This document shows positions 55,804 through 56,154 of a DNA stretch of 56,154 bases, piece after piece. Below the pieces are notes generated by a model, which worked only from the letters and a program-made list of their open reading frames with translations, did not search any database and was not told the DNA's origin. Where the stretch lies: contig JAZKZZ010000005.1 of the NCBI GenBank assembly GCA_045612885.1, positions 1 to 56,154 on the forward strand. The letters are read 5' to 3'. The translations under genes and the position numbers were made by a program. Position 1 is the stretch's first letter, and every line of letters starts with the position of its first letter. Source of the DNA: Bacilli bacterium (lineage in GTDB: Bacteria > Bacillota_I > Bacilli_A > RFN20 > DUOF01).

Positions 55804-56154
55804 ATGGAATTTGTATTTGATGAAAAAATTATAGATTGCATAGATGAAGATATTTTGCTTGATGAATTTCAAAAAATGTATAATCAAAAGAAATATGTTC
55901 AATGTGTTTTATATATAGAAAAAAAGCTTTCTGCTTTTTCTAGTAAATTTTATGATGTAATGATTATTTACTTATATTCACTTATTAAGTCTAATAATAA
56001 AGATAAGGCATTGAAATTAGTTAAAGAAGAATTAAATATGCCATACATTCCTGCATTATATGAAGATAGATTTAAAGAGATTTATAATGAATTATCATAT
56101 AAAGAAAGAGAATCAAAGGAATTTGTTTTATCTAGAGATAAAATTACAGAAATT
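55804..56154 (+). CDS. hypothetical protein, N-terminal fragment (runs off the window)
   Basis: GGAGGA lies 4 nt before ATG-55804. The frame is open for 117 codons to the window end. It is absent from the ORF track because no stop is reached. Confidence 0.5.
   Translation, partial: MEFVFDEKIIDCIDEDILLDEFQKMYNQKKYVQCVLYIEKKLSAFSSKFYDVMIIYLYSLIKSNNKDKALKLVKEELNMPYIPALYEDRFKEIYNELSYKERESKEFVLSRDKITEI

Noticed and set aside
55681-55902. 73-aa minus-strand ORF
   Set aside because: It overlaps the tRNA-Arg gene on the opposite strand and the 5' end of a + strand CDS with a good RBS. Spurious.
1-56154. Search for transposases, IS inverted repeats, prophage genes, rRNA and CRISPR arrays across the window
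   Set aside because: None of the translated ORFs shows DDE/serine/tyrosine recombinase or phage structural motifs I could recognise. The only long repeats are the DUF4116 coding repeats and the duplicated terminator-promoter cassette.

Overview
AT-rich (about 30% G+C by eye, not computed) chromosomal segment of a Bacillota (Firmicutes) genome that uses the standard genetic code. Most genes are on the + strand. No tools were run: every family call rests on motifs read from the translations and on remembered synteny, so all need HMM/BLAST confirmation.

The backbone is housekeeping with classical Bacillus-type synteny, as I recall it:
- pnp
- rplU-prp-rpmA-obg
- ktrBA
- T-box-ileS-lspA-rluD
- plsY / parE-parC
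- degV, a P-type Ca-ATPase, an ALDH and an SDR
- sufCDSUB
- rnhC ... mutS2-uvrC-gerE ... gerM
- tRNA-Arg(TCT)

No transposase, integrase, CRISPR array or rRNA was seen.

Six blocks of uncharacterised genes interrupt this backbone:
1. Tandem paralogous coiled-coil ORFs upstream of pnp.
2. An orphan TadZ/CpaE-like pseudo-receiver ATPase.
3. Three extracytoplasmic lipoproteins that combine rhodanese and FMN-binding (flavinylation-type) modules. They lie next to a fused YtqA-YtqB radical-SAM/methyltransferase gene and the suf operon.
4. A membrane-protein/patatin gene pair in the rnhC-mutS2 interval.
5. Four independently promoted paralogues made almost entirely of 25-aa DUF4116-like repeats, inserted between gerE and gerM. 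They show duplicated promoter modules and near-identical 75-bp units. This is the best candidate for something undescribed.
6. A THUMP-type methyltransferase, a protein with a possible HEPN-like Rx6H C-terminus, and a lipoprotein, all just before the tRNA.
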